Shown here: positions 1 through 13,095 of the stretch, piece by piece
Layout: every line of letters begins with the position of its first letter
Position numbering within the stretch: position 1 is the first letter of the stretch
Assembly (NCBI GenBank): GCA_035084275.1
Contig: CM068745.1
Coordinates: 56,110,001 to 56,174,000 of the forward strand
Length of the DNA stretch: 64,000 nt
Direction: 5' to 3'
Origin: Hydrolagus colliei
Lineage: Eukaryota
Notes under the pieces: generated by a model
What the model was told of the DNA's origin: nothing
Database searches by the model: none
Seen by the model: the letters and a program-made list of their open reading frames with translations, nothing else
Position numbers and translations under genes: made by a program

Positions 1-2063
1 TCTAACTGGTTTTGTTCTTGTCACAGAGTTCCAGAAATCCCATTCATTTCTTTTTGCCTGCCTTAGATTGTATATTTTGCACTATTGTTATATTGCACTG
101 TTATATACTTTGTTGAAGACTGAAATATAAAAGAAAATTAAGTCAAGATCAGTCTTTTACAAGCAAGTTACCAAAAGAATAGGATACAGTTCCTGGCTTT
201 GACAACTATCATCAGTGCTAATTTAGTCGACAATAGTTTTTCATCGCAATTTGCAATGTTGAATGGGAAACACTAGGTGACTGCAAAGGGGCATTACGCC
301 CTTCCTACTCTCAGGTAGAGAAATCAATGCCATCTTTGATTTGAATACAAGAATATTTGTATTGTGAATTACAAACATTGCAGTGGTTTCCAAATCAATC
401 AAATTTCAATATATCAAAACATTGAATTACCGTAATTTACTAACAAAAGGTATGTCAATGTAAGGTTAGCACTAGTGTGTGCCATCAATTAATAAAAGTT
501 GTCAAGGGAATAATGACTCATGAAGGTTTTATAAACAGCCTAGGGTGATCCAAGGTTTTACTTCTATCTTGATTCATTCATTCGGGGGGTTGGCAGAATT
601 GTTTTCAGTTTCTTGACTTCTCTTTGAGTTCAATATTTTGAGTTATAAGCTTACTACATGACTTAGAAGCCTACCCACACACTTGAGCATGATTCCATAA
701 TTCATAGCCGATGGCACTCACATTTTATTTGTATGACAACAAAATATTTATAGCAGATAAAATTAGTTTTTAAAAAGTATTTTGTCACACTGAGTTTGGA
801 AAAAGAATGCATCCAAATAGTCCTAGAAAATTTATTTAGGAAACATTATACAACTAAATCTAGTTTGTTTTACAAGTAAAATTCCATACTACAAAATATT
901 GTATGGTGAGCATTAGTGTTAAGTATTTGTTGCTTTTACTTCCGTAGCCTAAAAATGCAGCTATTGATGAATCGTGACTATAAACATGAAAAACTATTTC
1001 AATAATATATAACCCACCTGGAAGAAAACATTCCCAATATACAGGACAGAGAAATATATTGTTTGTCGGGCCTCTTGTTACTGTCTGGAGTTGGAAAGAC
1101 AATACAAGACAGAGGTGCATCCACGGTCAAAACTAATCAGGTCATTGATTTACCTCTAAGAAGCTTTAATCATCAACAACAACCTGCACTTACATAGCGT
1201 TCTTCACGCGGGGTAGTGCTCCAGAGCACTTTGATCTGTGTGATGTTGTGCGGTAGCAATTCTTGATGAAAAGATGGTATTTCGGGACAGGGCACTTGGG
1301 GAGAGAAGAATGCCAGCCTCATTTCTCCTGGGTGTCATTCTTCTCTAATCCTCCCACTTCATCTTATTCCTCTTGCAGAGGAAAATGTCTGATATTCTTC
1401 CCTGAACAATATCAGTCTTTGCTGACACTGCTGAAGGGGTAAGTTGAAAATACTACAAAGAGGTTGCAAGATACATATGTATAAGGTTGATACACAATTT
1501 ATCATCTCTTCCCATGAATATCTTGAATAAGAAGCAATAGACAGTAATAGGTGTCTGCATTATCCTGCCCTCAGTCTCCTGGAAATGACCCTTTCAAGCA
1601 AGAAATCAGTGCCATGCACCACAAAATATTCTGTTGATGTTACCTTTGCTCTCCTCCTGAGGTCCTCTGAAGTCTTCCTAACCACAAAGTTAATTGGAAT
1701 GGGGCTGGCACCATTGATCCAGCTTGGGTTTTGTATCTACCACCTTCCAACTTTGACCACAACCTCCCAATGCTGATAGTAGCCTTGAATAGATTGCCCT
1801 TAAATTACACAATGGACTCTGTCAGAATAAGCATTGTTTCGTGGCTCAGTGTTTGGCTGTTTCTGAATTCTCTCTTGCCTGAGGTTCCAGACTTTGACAG
1901 TGCCATTTCCCACTGAAAGCCCCTCACAACAACAATAACAACAAATTATCTTTGTATATCACCTTTCACTTCGGGAGGATGTCCCAAGGTGCTCACGTAT
2001 GTGTCTTGACAGCAAACAACATTTCATTGTCCATTTAAAACCAGTTCCAGAGCCTTGATAGAG

Positions 2064-2358
2064 AGAGTTTTATAGCTCAGTTGTTAGAGCAATTGTCTTG
2101 CAAGCAAGAGACTGGGTTCAATTCCAAGCATGGCAAAAGCATAGGCAAGTTTCCTTACTCCACATGCCTGATAATAATGCCTAACAAAACATTGGCCACT
2201 TCAATCCACGTCTGTTTGTGAGACACTGCACAATTGGCTGCAGTGCCCACAAATATACAATCAATTCACTTTACAGTATATTCTGTGAAACTATTTGAGA
2301 TGTATAATAGATGCAAAAAGTGCCATATCAAATGCAAGAATTATGATTATTATTATTA
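2064..2358 (+). mobile_element. tRNA-derived SINE with L2-type tail
   Basis: A box (tagctcagttgttagagc), B box (ggttcaattcc), body shared with other copies, tail aatgcaagaattatgattattatt. Confidence 0.85.
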
Positions 2359-3279
2359 CAGAGAGGCATAGAAATTTACAGTACTGCAGAAGACCATTCT
2401 GCCTGTTGTGTCTATGCTGGCTCTTTTAAAGAGAAATCCTTTCGCTCCCATTGATGTGGCCTTTCCCCATACCGGTGTATATGAACTGAAAATTATTTTG
2501 TATCGGTTGATTGGTTGAACTGTCAGATTTGGAGCCTTCCAGCACTAAACACTTACAGAATATTGTATAACTCATGCTTTGGCACATATATAATTCAATT
2601 ATCCCTTTTCCAGGCGCCTTCACATTTGCAATGTTTCTGTAATGGAGTTTCAAGACCTCCAACTTGCTGACCAATACAACGGTGGAAATATCAGGTAAAC
2701 TGGTTTGAGCAAGTCATTTGATTTCAGGAAGAAACTTAATGAAACATAAATGATTGCAAATATGAGGCTCCACCCAACTGTGGACTCAGGCAAAGAGATC
2801 TCAACATATCATTTAAAAGAGATCTCAGCATATCATCTGTAAAATGCTAAGCAATATTTTCCCGTATATCTTTAATTACCAGGCAAACTACAAATTAGGA
2901 AGGAGAAAGCTTAGTTATCTCCAGCTGAGATCCTCACTGATCTGGTCAGGCAACCAAAGCAATTCCAGTAATCTCAAAAAGTTGAGTAATTCTTTGAGAG
3001 TTCAAAAGAAAAATTGCAGCTGGTTAGGAAGCTGTAAATATTTAATTACAAAGTACCCTGGAGCTCAGAACATGGGAGTTTACAGAGACCACTCTATACT
3101 GTTTATCATCTATATACTCTACACTGTATAAAGCCGAAGGTTCTAGACCGGTCCTACTACCAGAATGATTAACTAGAATAACTTGTGTATTGGAAATGTG
3201 ACTTGAAGCATATGAGTTCAAATGACAATGCTTGTGACAATCTGCTGATTTGGAAACAGTCTCTTTGGGATTCCAGATT

Positions 3280-3935
3280 TGTGTTTCTTGTCCATGCCTT
3301 TGTCACCTCTCAGCTGGACTATTTCAACATCATCACACCGGTCTCCCCTCCTCCACCATTCACAAAATTCAGCTCATCCAAAACTCCGCGGCCCACGTTC
3401 TCACCCACTCCAAAACTTCATTTCTGAGTTACCCCAGTCCTCGCCAAATTCCAAGATCTTTACTCTAACGCTTAAATCCCTTCACTCCTTGGCACCCCCA
3501 CCGGCTGCTGCTTTTTGCCCACAAATTCAGTTTACAGTGTATTCTGTGAAGCACTTTGAAACGTCTAGAAGACGTTAAAAAACTTTATCAAATGTAAGGA
3601 TTATTATTATTATTACCTCTCTAATCTTTCTCCTCACAGTTGTACCTACTGCCTCCACTCTACTGGATCCGGCTTTCTCCTTGTCCCACAAATCCTCCGT
3701 TCCACCATCAGTGACCATGCTTTCAGACCTACTCCCCAAAACTTTGGAGCTCGCTCCCTCAACTCCTTCATTCACCCCCTCCTTCCCAATCTTCAGGTTG
3801 TGCCTGAAAACCTTTGTGTTCAACCAGGCTTACAGTCACCTTCTCCCTCCCCCTGGCTCAGCCTCCGCCATTGCTAAGCATTCTGAGATGCCACCCGGTG
3901 TGGTGGGCGCTATATAAATGCAAGTTGTTGTTGTT
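3280..3935 (+). mobile_element. L2 3' fragment interrupted by a SINE 3' fragment (~3502-3615)
   Basis: HAFVTSQLDY and IQLIQNSAAHVLT L2 ORF2 C-terminal motifs; tail gcgctatataaatgcaagttgttgttgtt. Confidence 0.85.
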
Positions 3936-4020
3936 ACTTCCATATCAGATCCTAAGAATAATTTTATACTGGCTCTATTCCGGATGATGCATAAACAGTT
4001 ACCATCTCAGATCAATATGT

Positions 4021-4355
4021 AATAATCTTTGCGTTTGATACAGCATCTTATCACACCTTCAAGAGATCTCTAAGTGCTTCATCGAAAATATGGCAGAGTG
4101 AATTGATGTATACTTTGTGGCCAAAATGTGGCAATCAATTGTGCACATCAGGGGCCCACAGTCATAGATTGAGTGATCACATTTTTTTTAAGGGATTAAA
4201 AGAGCAATTCACCAATCGACTAACAACCAGCTTCCTACTATCTGCTAGGTAAACAAACATGTGGAGTAAGGAAACATGCCCAACATTTCATCCTGCCCAG
4301 GAACCTGACCCAAATCCTCTTGTTTGCAAGGCAAGTGCACCTGTTAGCCATGTAT
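4021..4355 (-). mobile_element. Degraded tRNA-SINE
   Basis: Tail, gtggagtaaggaaac body and degraded head match the other copies. Confidence 0.65.
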
Positions 4356-5197
4356 TATCCTTTACAGATAAGACCGATGATGAAAACACGCATACAAACA
4401 TACACACACATGCCATGGACTCACGCCATGCACACACACAATACACACACATGCAAACACGTTAACTTAAATGTGTGACCCAGGTTACTCTTCTAGTGTT
4501 TCAGAACGGTATGTACTGCGTGTGTGAGAAACGCTGAGAGAAACACAGAAAAAATAATGCTTATTATAATAATAACTCTATGATATGTGACAATGTTTAG
4601 AAACAGCAGAAAACAGGAAAGTGCTTCTGTAAAACCACTGATCCACTATTCGTCAGCAATGTAAGAATTTTTTGCCAGAATTTGGCAAACTAAATCAGGG
4701 AATATGAAAGAGATAGCTCAGATACAGAATCCAGAAAAAGTGAACAAGAAGAGGGGTACAACATTGAATCTGTTTAACTCATAATATAAGTACATTCCAA
4801 AGAAAAATAAAAAATTGAGTGGATGGTATATTTATGTTGCAAAAAGTTAAGGAATGTAATTCAGTGCAAATGAGATACTGGAGCACAGGCCAGTGTAATG
4901 GCATTGGAAGAATATATAGAATTGGGAGAACTAAATAGGAAAAAATTGAGAAAGGGAAAGGTAAGCTGTTGGCGTACAGTGTAGAAATAGAAGTGATATA
5001 CAGTACAAAGGGAGACAATATAGAATAAAATTCTACGTTGCAAAAATAAAAGTTGATAATTCATTGGGATTGGAAGATACTGTATAATAAAAAAGTGAAT
5101 GTTAAAAAGAATTGGGAATGTGGAAATAGAGGAATGTGAACCAAAGCTATATTGTAGTAGAACAATATAAACAGGTTTTCAGAAGGAGAGGATTATA

Positions 5198-5632
5198 CTA
5201 ATAATAATCCTTGCATTCAATATTGTGCTTTTCATGTCATCCAGACCTCTCAAAGTGAAAAGTAAATTGACTGTATATTTGTCAGCAAAATGTAACAGCC
5301 AATTGAGGGATTATTATCAGGCATATAATAATAATAATAATCCTTGCATTTGATATAGCGCTTTTCACATCTTATCGATGACCCAAAGCACTTCACAGAA
5401 TATACTGTAATTGACTATATATTTGTGGGCGAATCGCGGCAGCCAATTGCGCACAGCAGTGTCCCACAGTCGTGGATTGAAATGACCAATTTTATTATTG
5501 TGGGCTTTTTTGGGGACGGATTATTATTAGGTGTGTGGAGTAAGGAAACTTACCAAAAGTTTCGCCCTGACTTGCCTGGATTCGAAACACTTTTGTAAGG
5601 CGAGTGCTCTAACCACTGAGCTACAGGACTCC
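5198..5632 (-). mobile_element. SINE tail fragment (5198-5325) plus near full-length SINE (5326-5632)
   Basis: Reverse-complement head aaccactgagctacaggactcc; B box ggattcgaa; (TAA)n tail. Confidence 0.9.
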
Positions 5633-5654
5633 ACATTTTGATGCCTAAGGAAGT

Positions 5655-5995
5655 GATTAGATGGTGACTTCACACATGGTAATCATAGCGAAACCAGACA
5701 AATCATTAAGGATATGTTTAGATTCACAACAGATAAGCATGGTAATAAAAGAGAACATTTTGCAATTCCCACTTCAGGGACATGCATGCTTTACTACATG
5801 GAGCTAATTACTTCTCGATATTAGACAGTACAGTATTTGGAAGTTAAACTGTCAAAGGATAGTATCTGTTTGACAATGTTTATGATACCGTGTGGGAGGT
5901 ATTGCTTCCAAACGATGCCCTTTGGCATCAAATCAGCACAAGAGGTGCATCAGAAAAAATTGACACAAATATTGGAAGAAATACCAGGGGTGACT
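5655..5995 (+). mobile_element. Degraded Gypsy/Ty3 reverse transcriptase fragment
   Basis: Translations MVIIAKPDKSLRICLD..IKREHFAIPT and LTMFMIPCGRYCFQTMPFGIKSAQEVHQKKLTQILEEIPGV are typical Gypsy RT motifs, with frameshifts. Confidence 0.8.
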
Positions 5996-6192
5996 GTGGC
6001 AGCCAATGCGCACAGCAGTGTCCCACACACAAACAGTTATGAATTGAAATTACCAATTTATTATTGTTTTTTCTCTTGAGGGTTTATTATCAGGTGAATA
6101 AGGAAACTTACCCAAGGTTTCAGCCTGCAGGGAATTCAACCCAGATCTTTCACTTGTAAGGCAAGTGCTTTAACCACTGAGATGCAGACTCT
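5996..6192 (-). mobile_element. SINE 5' half
   Basis: Body and tRNA head match the 5326-5632 copy. Confidence 0.8.
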
Positions 6193-6317
6193 ACAATTTT
6201 GAATAAATTAAATACTTTTGTGATGATAACAGGTAGTTAAAAGTGAGAATGAATGTCTCTGTGTCTGAGTGTGTGTGTCTCTGTGTGTGTTTCTCTCTGT
6301 GTGTCTCTGAGTGTGTG

Positions 6318-6940
6318 TAGAGGGTGTTATATTTCCACAGAAAAGGGCATGTTTGTTTGACACAAATCCCAAATCATATGTCCATCTTGAATAATAAGGG
6401 CATTTTTCATTCTAAACCAAAATCAGACTAATGAATTACAAGTAGCTTTATCATTTGCACTAATCAATTTAATTGTATTTCAAATTGAAGAAAATTGTAG
6501 AAACCAGATGTAATTTAAATTATACTCAAAATACGATGTATATGTAGACAAATCTAAAAATTTATCAAATGAATACAAACACCTTTAGTTTGCATCATAT
6601 AATTAGATTACCAAATCATCCAGTACTTGTACACGTGTGAGCTGCCTTTAGACAAACCTCTGCTTGATTCAGTTCAGGCACTAGAGGGTATTATATTTCC
6701 ACGGAAAAGGACATGCAGATCACATCTAAACCATTTATGCTTGTTTGACAGAAATACCGAATAAGACATCCAGCTTAAATAACAATGGCATTTTTCATTC
6801 TTTTTTCAAACCAAAATCAGAGTTATTAATTACAAATGGCTTTATCATTTGCACTGACCAATTTCATTGCATAGTATTTCAAACTGAAAAAACATTGTAC
6901 AATCCAGATGTATTGTAAATTATAATCAAAATTCAATGAA
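6318..6940. repeat. Diverged direct duplication (6318-6540 and 6682-6940)
   Basis: Both copies begin tagagggt.ttatatttccac.gaaaagg and share ggcatttttcattct, aaaccaaaatcaga, gctttatcatttgcact and ccagatgta. Confidence 0.85.
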
Positions 6941-7509
6941 CATTCATGCATTAAACTGAATAAAAAAATTAAATTAGATAAAAGCGATAGTCAAACCATT
7001 TTGAAGTATTTTGACAACTCAAGTAACTCAATCCAAAGCCATATGATCCTTTTGGAGATAGAGCCCTCTCCATACAGAGCACTCTGTATTCTTCACACAT
7101 TCAGATATCAAATACCAGGAGGAATCTCATTTGCTTGGCTCATATTCCTTATTATGGAAATTACTAAAATTGACACCCCGTCATCCTACACTGGTGCATC
7201 TTAGCCCAACAGCCGAAGTCACTGTTTTTCAATAAAATTCAATTAAGTTTCCATCTCAAATTAGCTTTCTTTGAAACATAATTGCAGACCACTCAAGCCA
7301 GAGCACTTTCAGACATTTAGAAGTTGTGAGTAGATGCTATACCAAATGCAAGGATTTTTTTTTATTTTTATTGCTGTTAGTATTATTATTATCATCATCC
7401 CGGGACACAGAGAGGAACCATTGAGAAGAGGTTCCTCTGTGGTGATAGATGATGTGCTGTTACTTGATTCATTCAGTTTGCATACTCGCATACCTACAAG
7501 CAGTACATA

Positions 7510-8575
7510 TCCACAAATGGTTTTACCTCTCGTTCTCACCCGGTTATCTGCAGGGAACCCCAAGGATCCATCCTTGGCCCCATCCTCTTCCTAATCTATA
7601 TGTTCCCTCTTGGGGATATCATCCGCAGGCATGGGGTACACTTCTACATGTATGCGGATGACACCCAGCTCTATTTTGCCACCTCACTGTGCGACCCCCC
7701 CAGTCCCCCGATGTTCTGTCAGCATGTCTATCAGACATCAGGAGCTGGATGAGTGCAAATTTCCTTCAGCGAAATGTTGACAAGACAGAAGCCATACTCT
7801 TTGGCTCTCATCAACGTCTTCAATCATACGGTTCCCACCTCCAACTACCCAACCTGCCCCTAAAACTCTCCGAACCCATATGAAACTTAGGCATCAGTTT
7901 TGACCCCAATTATCCTTCCTCCCCCACATCCAGTCCTTCACCAGCACTGCCTTCTTCCATCCCCAACGCATCGCCTGTCTCCGCCAATATCTCACCTCAA
8001 AAGCTGCTGGAACCCTGGCCCATGCCTTTGTCACCTCTCAGCTAGACTATTCAAATGTCCTCCTTGCCAGTCCCGCCTCCACTACCATTCATAAAATCCA
8101 GCTCATACAGAACTCTGCCACCCGCATTATCACCCGTACAAAAATCCCCGATTACCTCAGTTCTTGCCAGACCCTGTCCCGGAGAGGATCGATTTTAAGA
8201 TCTTCACGCTTCTATTCAAATCTCTCCACTCAGCTGCACCCTACCTCTCTGACCTCCTCTCCCCTCATAACAGTATCCGTTGCCTCTGCTCCACCAAGTC
8301 TGGCCTCCTCCTTGTCCCCCGAATCCTCCACTCCACCATCATTGGCCGTGCTTTCAGCCATTGCCCCCCGAGGCTCTGGAACTCCCTCTCACACTCCCTT
8401 CACCTCGTCCCCTCCTTTCCTATTTTCAGGTCTCAGCTAAAGACCTTACTTTTCGACTGTGCTTTTGGTCACCTTCTTCCCCTTCCCCCGGCATGGCCCC
8501 GGGATCCGTTATTGGGAAGCACTCTGAGATGCCATTCGGTGTGAATGGCACTATATAAATCCAAGTAGTTGTTGT
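7510..8575 (+). mobile_element. L2 LINE, 5'-truncated and degraded
   Basis: PQGSILGP and MYADDTQLY motifs across frameshifts; L2 C-terminus; tail aagcactctgagatgcc...gttgttgtt. Confidence 0.9.
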
Positions 8576-9019
8576 TCCCTTGCTTCTGATAGCATCTCAC
8601 CAATACTAGAGTCAGTCCCACCAAATTTTATTCACTCGCTGCTCTGTTGAAATATAACATTGTTATTTTCCAAGGTGATGCAAGTCTTGAATATGTAGAT
8701 TACACCAAAAAGTTAAATAAATACTTCAAAAGTAACATAAAATAATAAAAAGCTATAAATCGCTCTCAAACAACAAAACAATATTGGTCTTACTACAAAT
8801 AACCAGAATATTTTTATTGAAATATAAAAAAAGTTTTTGAAAAATGTGATTGCAGATTACCAATCTTTAGATTACGTTTTTTATAGTAAAATCCACCAAT
8901 TTTAGTACCAGTTATTGGGATGCAATTTTATTTTCCATTCTTATTCACATCCAAATACTAAAGTAAAATTCTTACCATATAAATGTGCACCCAATGTAAG
9001 TATTATATTTTCACAGAAA

Positions 9020-9630
9020 GGTGCAGCCTTCATCATCTAAAGACTGAATTTCTCCAATGCACTGAACACCAGATAACCGAGCTCTTCTCTGCATAAACTT
9101 CAAAACATCCAGATGTCTGCAATTCCTGTCCTCTCCCACATCAGGCTCCACAAGTCCACCACCAGCATTCTCACTTGGCTTCACTGGCTTCACATACTCC
9201 ATCCGGCACATTGAATTCAAGATTCTTGGTCTCACTTTCAAATGCCTTCATTTCTTCAACCAAGCTTATCTCTACGACCCTATGGTACTGGCTGCTCCCT
9301 CCACTCAGCAATCACCAGTCTGCACTTCACATCTGCCATCTTGCCTGCATTCATCATTGGAGGGCAAGTATTCAACAACCATGATGCCCCTGCTCTCTGG
9401 CACTCTATCCCTCCATTTTTCCCACTTACTTCCTCCGCATTTCTGAAACACTCTTGATGAACCACCAATTTGTCCATGCATTTAGCCACCTTGCCCCTCC
9501 TTCATGAATTCCCTTCCACTCCACCACTCCCCAACCAACAATTTGGGGCTCTAGTCAGTAGTGTGAAGCATTTTGGAACATTTTTACAAAATAAAAGGTA
9601 TTAACTAAATATAAATTGTTATTGTTGTAT
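9020..9630 (+). mobile_element. Old L2 3' fragment
   Basis: Degraded cactggct..attgaattcaagattcttg motif and L2 tail. Confidence 0.7.
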
Positions 9631-10779
9631 CATCCTGGTGATGGTAATGCAGTGGGGACCATTAATTAAAAAGCTTTTTTGAATGGAAATCTTAGTCTTT
9701 ATTTAGTAAGAGTTCTTCATGGCATTAATCTATTGTTCTTGATTGATTAAAAGACACAAAGTGCAGAGAAGCTCATGAACATCAATAAAGTTCCTGTTTC
9801 TGACCCAGTGTTTCACTGTACTTATGTTTTACTATTTCTAAAAGTAAAATGGAAGCCAGCTGAGATGTTGTTCTGGTGTGTATTCAGGTAATATTCTTAT
9901 GCTTGAACTTGATAAAGGGAATATCGTGATAAAATTAGATCACTGGTGCCATCAAGCCAAGTCACCTACGTTTAGAGCATAAATAAACTATACCCTATCA
10001 ATCCATAGCACTTGAAGAGAGGGAATACTCCAATGGAACACATTTTTCTCTATTGAAACTTCTCTTTATGCCTCAGTCAAGTAGTTTATCAAAAAAACTC
10101 TATGTGGCAGTAGAAATCATTAAATGCAATCAAGAAATCCACTAAACGTACCCCACTACATTGCCCTTCCAACCCCTTACTCCAGTAGGCGTTCCACAAG
10201 TTAGTTTGCTTTTCCTCTGGAGAGTCCATGAATCAGACTTAACCAGAGATGTACACTCATAGACTGTGTACAGCTGACAACCTTTTGATCATATCCAGGC
10301 GATTGTTTCTTCTGCAGCTTCTTGCACTAATTGTCACTGACTGGCTGCCCATTCAGACTCTCTAGAGCTAAAGAAACATCCTGACTAATAGATGAAAAAA
10401 CAATCCAAAATAATCCCATCAATCAAAACAAATGTCAGTATTAAGTAGAAACATGTTGGAAATGAATAGAAGCAATTATGTTCATTCTGCATGTTGTTTA
10501 AGAATCGACATTTCTGAACTTTTGTACATTACTCAATGTGTGCGTAATTTATTTCAATTGATTTTTTTCACCACAATTGTTTTTCAACTAAATATTTAAT
10601 TACCTTGCAGAGCATCACAATTAGCCAAAATGATTCCTGTCTCAAATACCACCAAGACTCATTTATGAATGGCACCAGTTTGAAGCTTATGGAAATGTCA
10701 ATTTATTAATTCATTCAATTAGTATTGTTTCATATGTAACAAGTTCAATCAAGCTCCATGTCAGGACTCTGTCTCTAGG

Positions 10780-11050
10780 TTCACACTCCTGCAGCATTGA
10801 GGAATGCTGCATTGTCAGAAGTGCAATCTTTTAGATGGGACATTAATCCAAGGTCTTGTCTGCTTCTGTCAGAAAACATTAAAGATCCCATGACACTATT
10901 CAAAAAGTGAAAGGAGTTTTTCCACCTGACCTGGCCAAATAGCTTCCATAAAAATTGGTCGTTCACCTACAAAAAAACAGTTCCTATCCTCGCCAATTAT
11001 TAATTGTGAAATATTTTGAGATGTCTGAATAGAATGCAGCACCATAATAC
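10780..11050 (+). mobile_element. Deu-domain SINE (AmnSINE1/SacSINE1-like), degraded
   Basis: tgctgcattgtcagaagtgc..cattaaagatcccatgacactattcaaaaag..cctggccaaat matches the recalled DeuSINE core. Confidence 0.7.
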
Positions 11051-12309
11051 ACCAGGTATCCCATAAGAGGCTAGTTAAAAAAAAATGCACAGTATTAATT
11101 GAAAGATGGTAGCCAGTTAGAAAGTTGGTTAAAGGAAATGAAGCTTCCAGATCCTGGATTCTGCTGTAAGTGGCACACATTTTAGATTTACTGATGACAC
11201 AAAAATATATATTTTTTAGTCGGGTGGGTGTCTAACACCATTGATAGGTAACCCATCAATGTTACTAAGAGGATCTAAACCAAACTGAGATTAATAATAA
11301 TAATCCTTACATTTGATATAATTGGGACATCCTCCCGACGTGAAAGGCATTATACAAATGTAATTTTGTGTTGTTGTACTGCTTTTCATGTCTTCCAGAT
11401 GCTTCAAAGTGTTTCACAGAATGGAAGCACTTATCTTTCTTATCCAGTTGGATAAGAAAGATATGGAGGCACTCACTTTTGATTTTAATGCTTTGTACAG
11501 TGACAGGTCCATATAATTAAGGATAATTGGAAAGATTGATATTAAACAATCTCTGAAATTGTGCCACATCCCTTTTGTTTTCAAACCCACTGGCACAAAA
11601 TCTCCATTCTGGCAAATCAGATTGCTGTGTGGCCTGCATTATGCATAGCATGGATGAACAGTCAACCTTTAAAACCCCTTATCCAATTTTCTCCATGCTT
11701 TTCTGTGGCACTGTCCTTATAATCCATAACTCAATTTAAAATACTATTTTTCCAAAGCCCAACTCAATTGAACTGTGAAAACATATGCACTGTCTCTCTC
11801 TCTCTCACACTCACACACACACACAGTTCATTTTGTGAATTTGGGAGCCTTGTCTCTGCTGGATTCTAAACAGTCCAGTCACCTTCAGGGTATTTGGTGC
11901 TGGTTCAAGTGTACAGGTTGCTGTTCTTTTTTGCTCCTTTTCTTTTGGTCAGGCAATGTCCAACAAACTGAGAATTCCAAACATCCCACCTCACATGGAA
12001 ATTCCAAAGATATTCATTGGGATTGAATACCCACTCTCTCCCTGGAGGAATTCATTCTGCTTACCTAATAAATATCAGGTGTAGGTTGCAGAGGACTCCA
12101 GTGTGTACACTGGGATACTGCTGGATTCTAACCAGCTAAAACTATGTAGGTTGCCATTGATGGTACTGTCTGGCAAGCTTTCACTGACCTTATCCAGCTA
12201 TGGCCACCCTACCTGTTACCCTTTTAGCTTGTAAGGATAATGGAAGCTGAGTGGGATGTTTCCCTTTCTTCAGTGACTGGCCCCCAACAATATCCCTCAA
12301 ATTGCTGTG

Positions 12310-12445
12310 AAATGAATCACAAATTTTATTTGGGAGGATTTGTTGGCCAGGACACTAGGAGAAACTCCCTCCTCTATAGTGCCATGTGATTTTTAACGTT
12401 CAACTGATCAGGCAGATGGGAACTCGGTTTAAAGTCTCATCCAAT
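12310..12445 (-). mobile_element. Deu-domain SINE fragment
   Basis: ttggccaggacactaggagaaactcc..gtgccatg..ggtttaaagtctcatcc. Confidence 0.6.
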
Positions 12446-12489
12446 GTTCAGCAAAGGTCAATGGACTATGGACTAAATGGTCAATGTTT

Positions 12490-12672
12490 TAAAAGTAGAA
12501 CAGCAAAGGCCTAGGGATTAACATGCATAAATCTTTAAAGCTGGGAAAACAAGTGGTCAAAGCTGGAAGATAATAAATGGGACCATAGGTTTTATATTAA
12601 AAAAAAGTATAGTAAAAACAAAAGATATGATAATTAAAAACTACAGATTGTTAATTAGGCCCCAATTAGAGT
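12490..12672 (+). mobile_element. Old CR1 fragment
   Basis: Degraded equivalent of RDLGI..SLK..KA..GF..YK..L.RPQLE. Confidence 0.55.
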
Positions 12673-12889
12673 TATAATACAATATAAAATTACATTTGTA
12701 GAGCCTTGATGCCAGAGCAGGACTTGATGTCTGACCGGTAGTCTGTCAGGACATCAGTGATCCTGGAGTCCAGGGCAGAGGCATATAGAGTTTGGTTTGT
12801 CATAGAGTTTGTCATCATGTACATGTGGATGCATATACTCAGTACTCATGCAGTACTCAGTGAAATGCATAATTAAAGCAATTTACACA

Positions 12890-13095
12890 ACCACAACAAC
12901 AAAATTACATTTGTATAGCGCCTTTCACGTCAGGAGGAAGTCCCAAGGCACTGGACAGATACTGCTTCAGACCCGAGCTGAGGACGGGGGGTGGGGGGGT
13001 GGGGGGAGACAGTAGTTGCCAATTGGTCCATTGAAGAGGAGAATCTTGAGGCGAGACTTGAAGGAGACCAGGGAGGGGGCAAGGCGGAGTGAGAA
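12890..13095 (-). mobile_element. L2 3' end
   Basis: caacaacaaaattacatttgtatagcgcctttcacgtcaggagg tail. Confidence 0.8.

Noticed and set aside
2792-2836. 21-bp tandem duplication AAAGAGATCTCA.CATATCAT
   Set aside because: Real, but an ordinary slippage duplication.
4750-5190. Purine-rich stretch suggestive of a decayed L1-like ORF
   Set aside because: No motif could be recovered to support the call.
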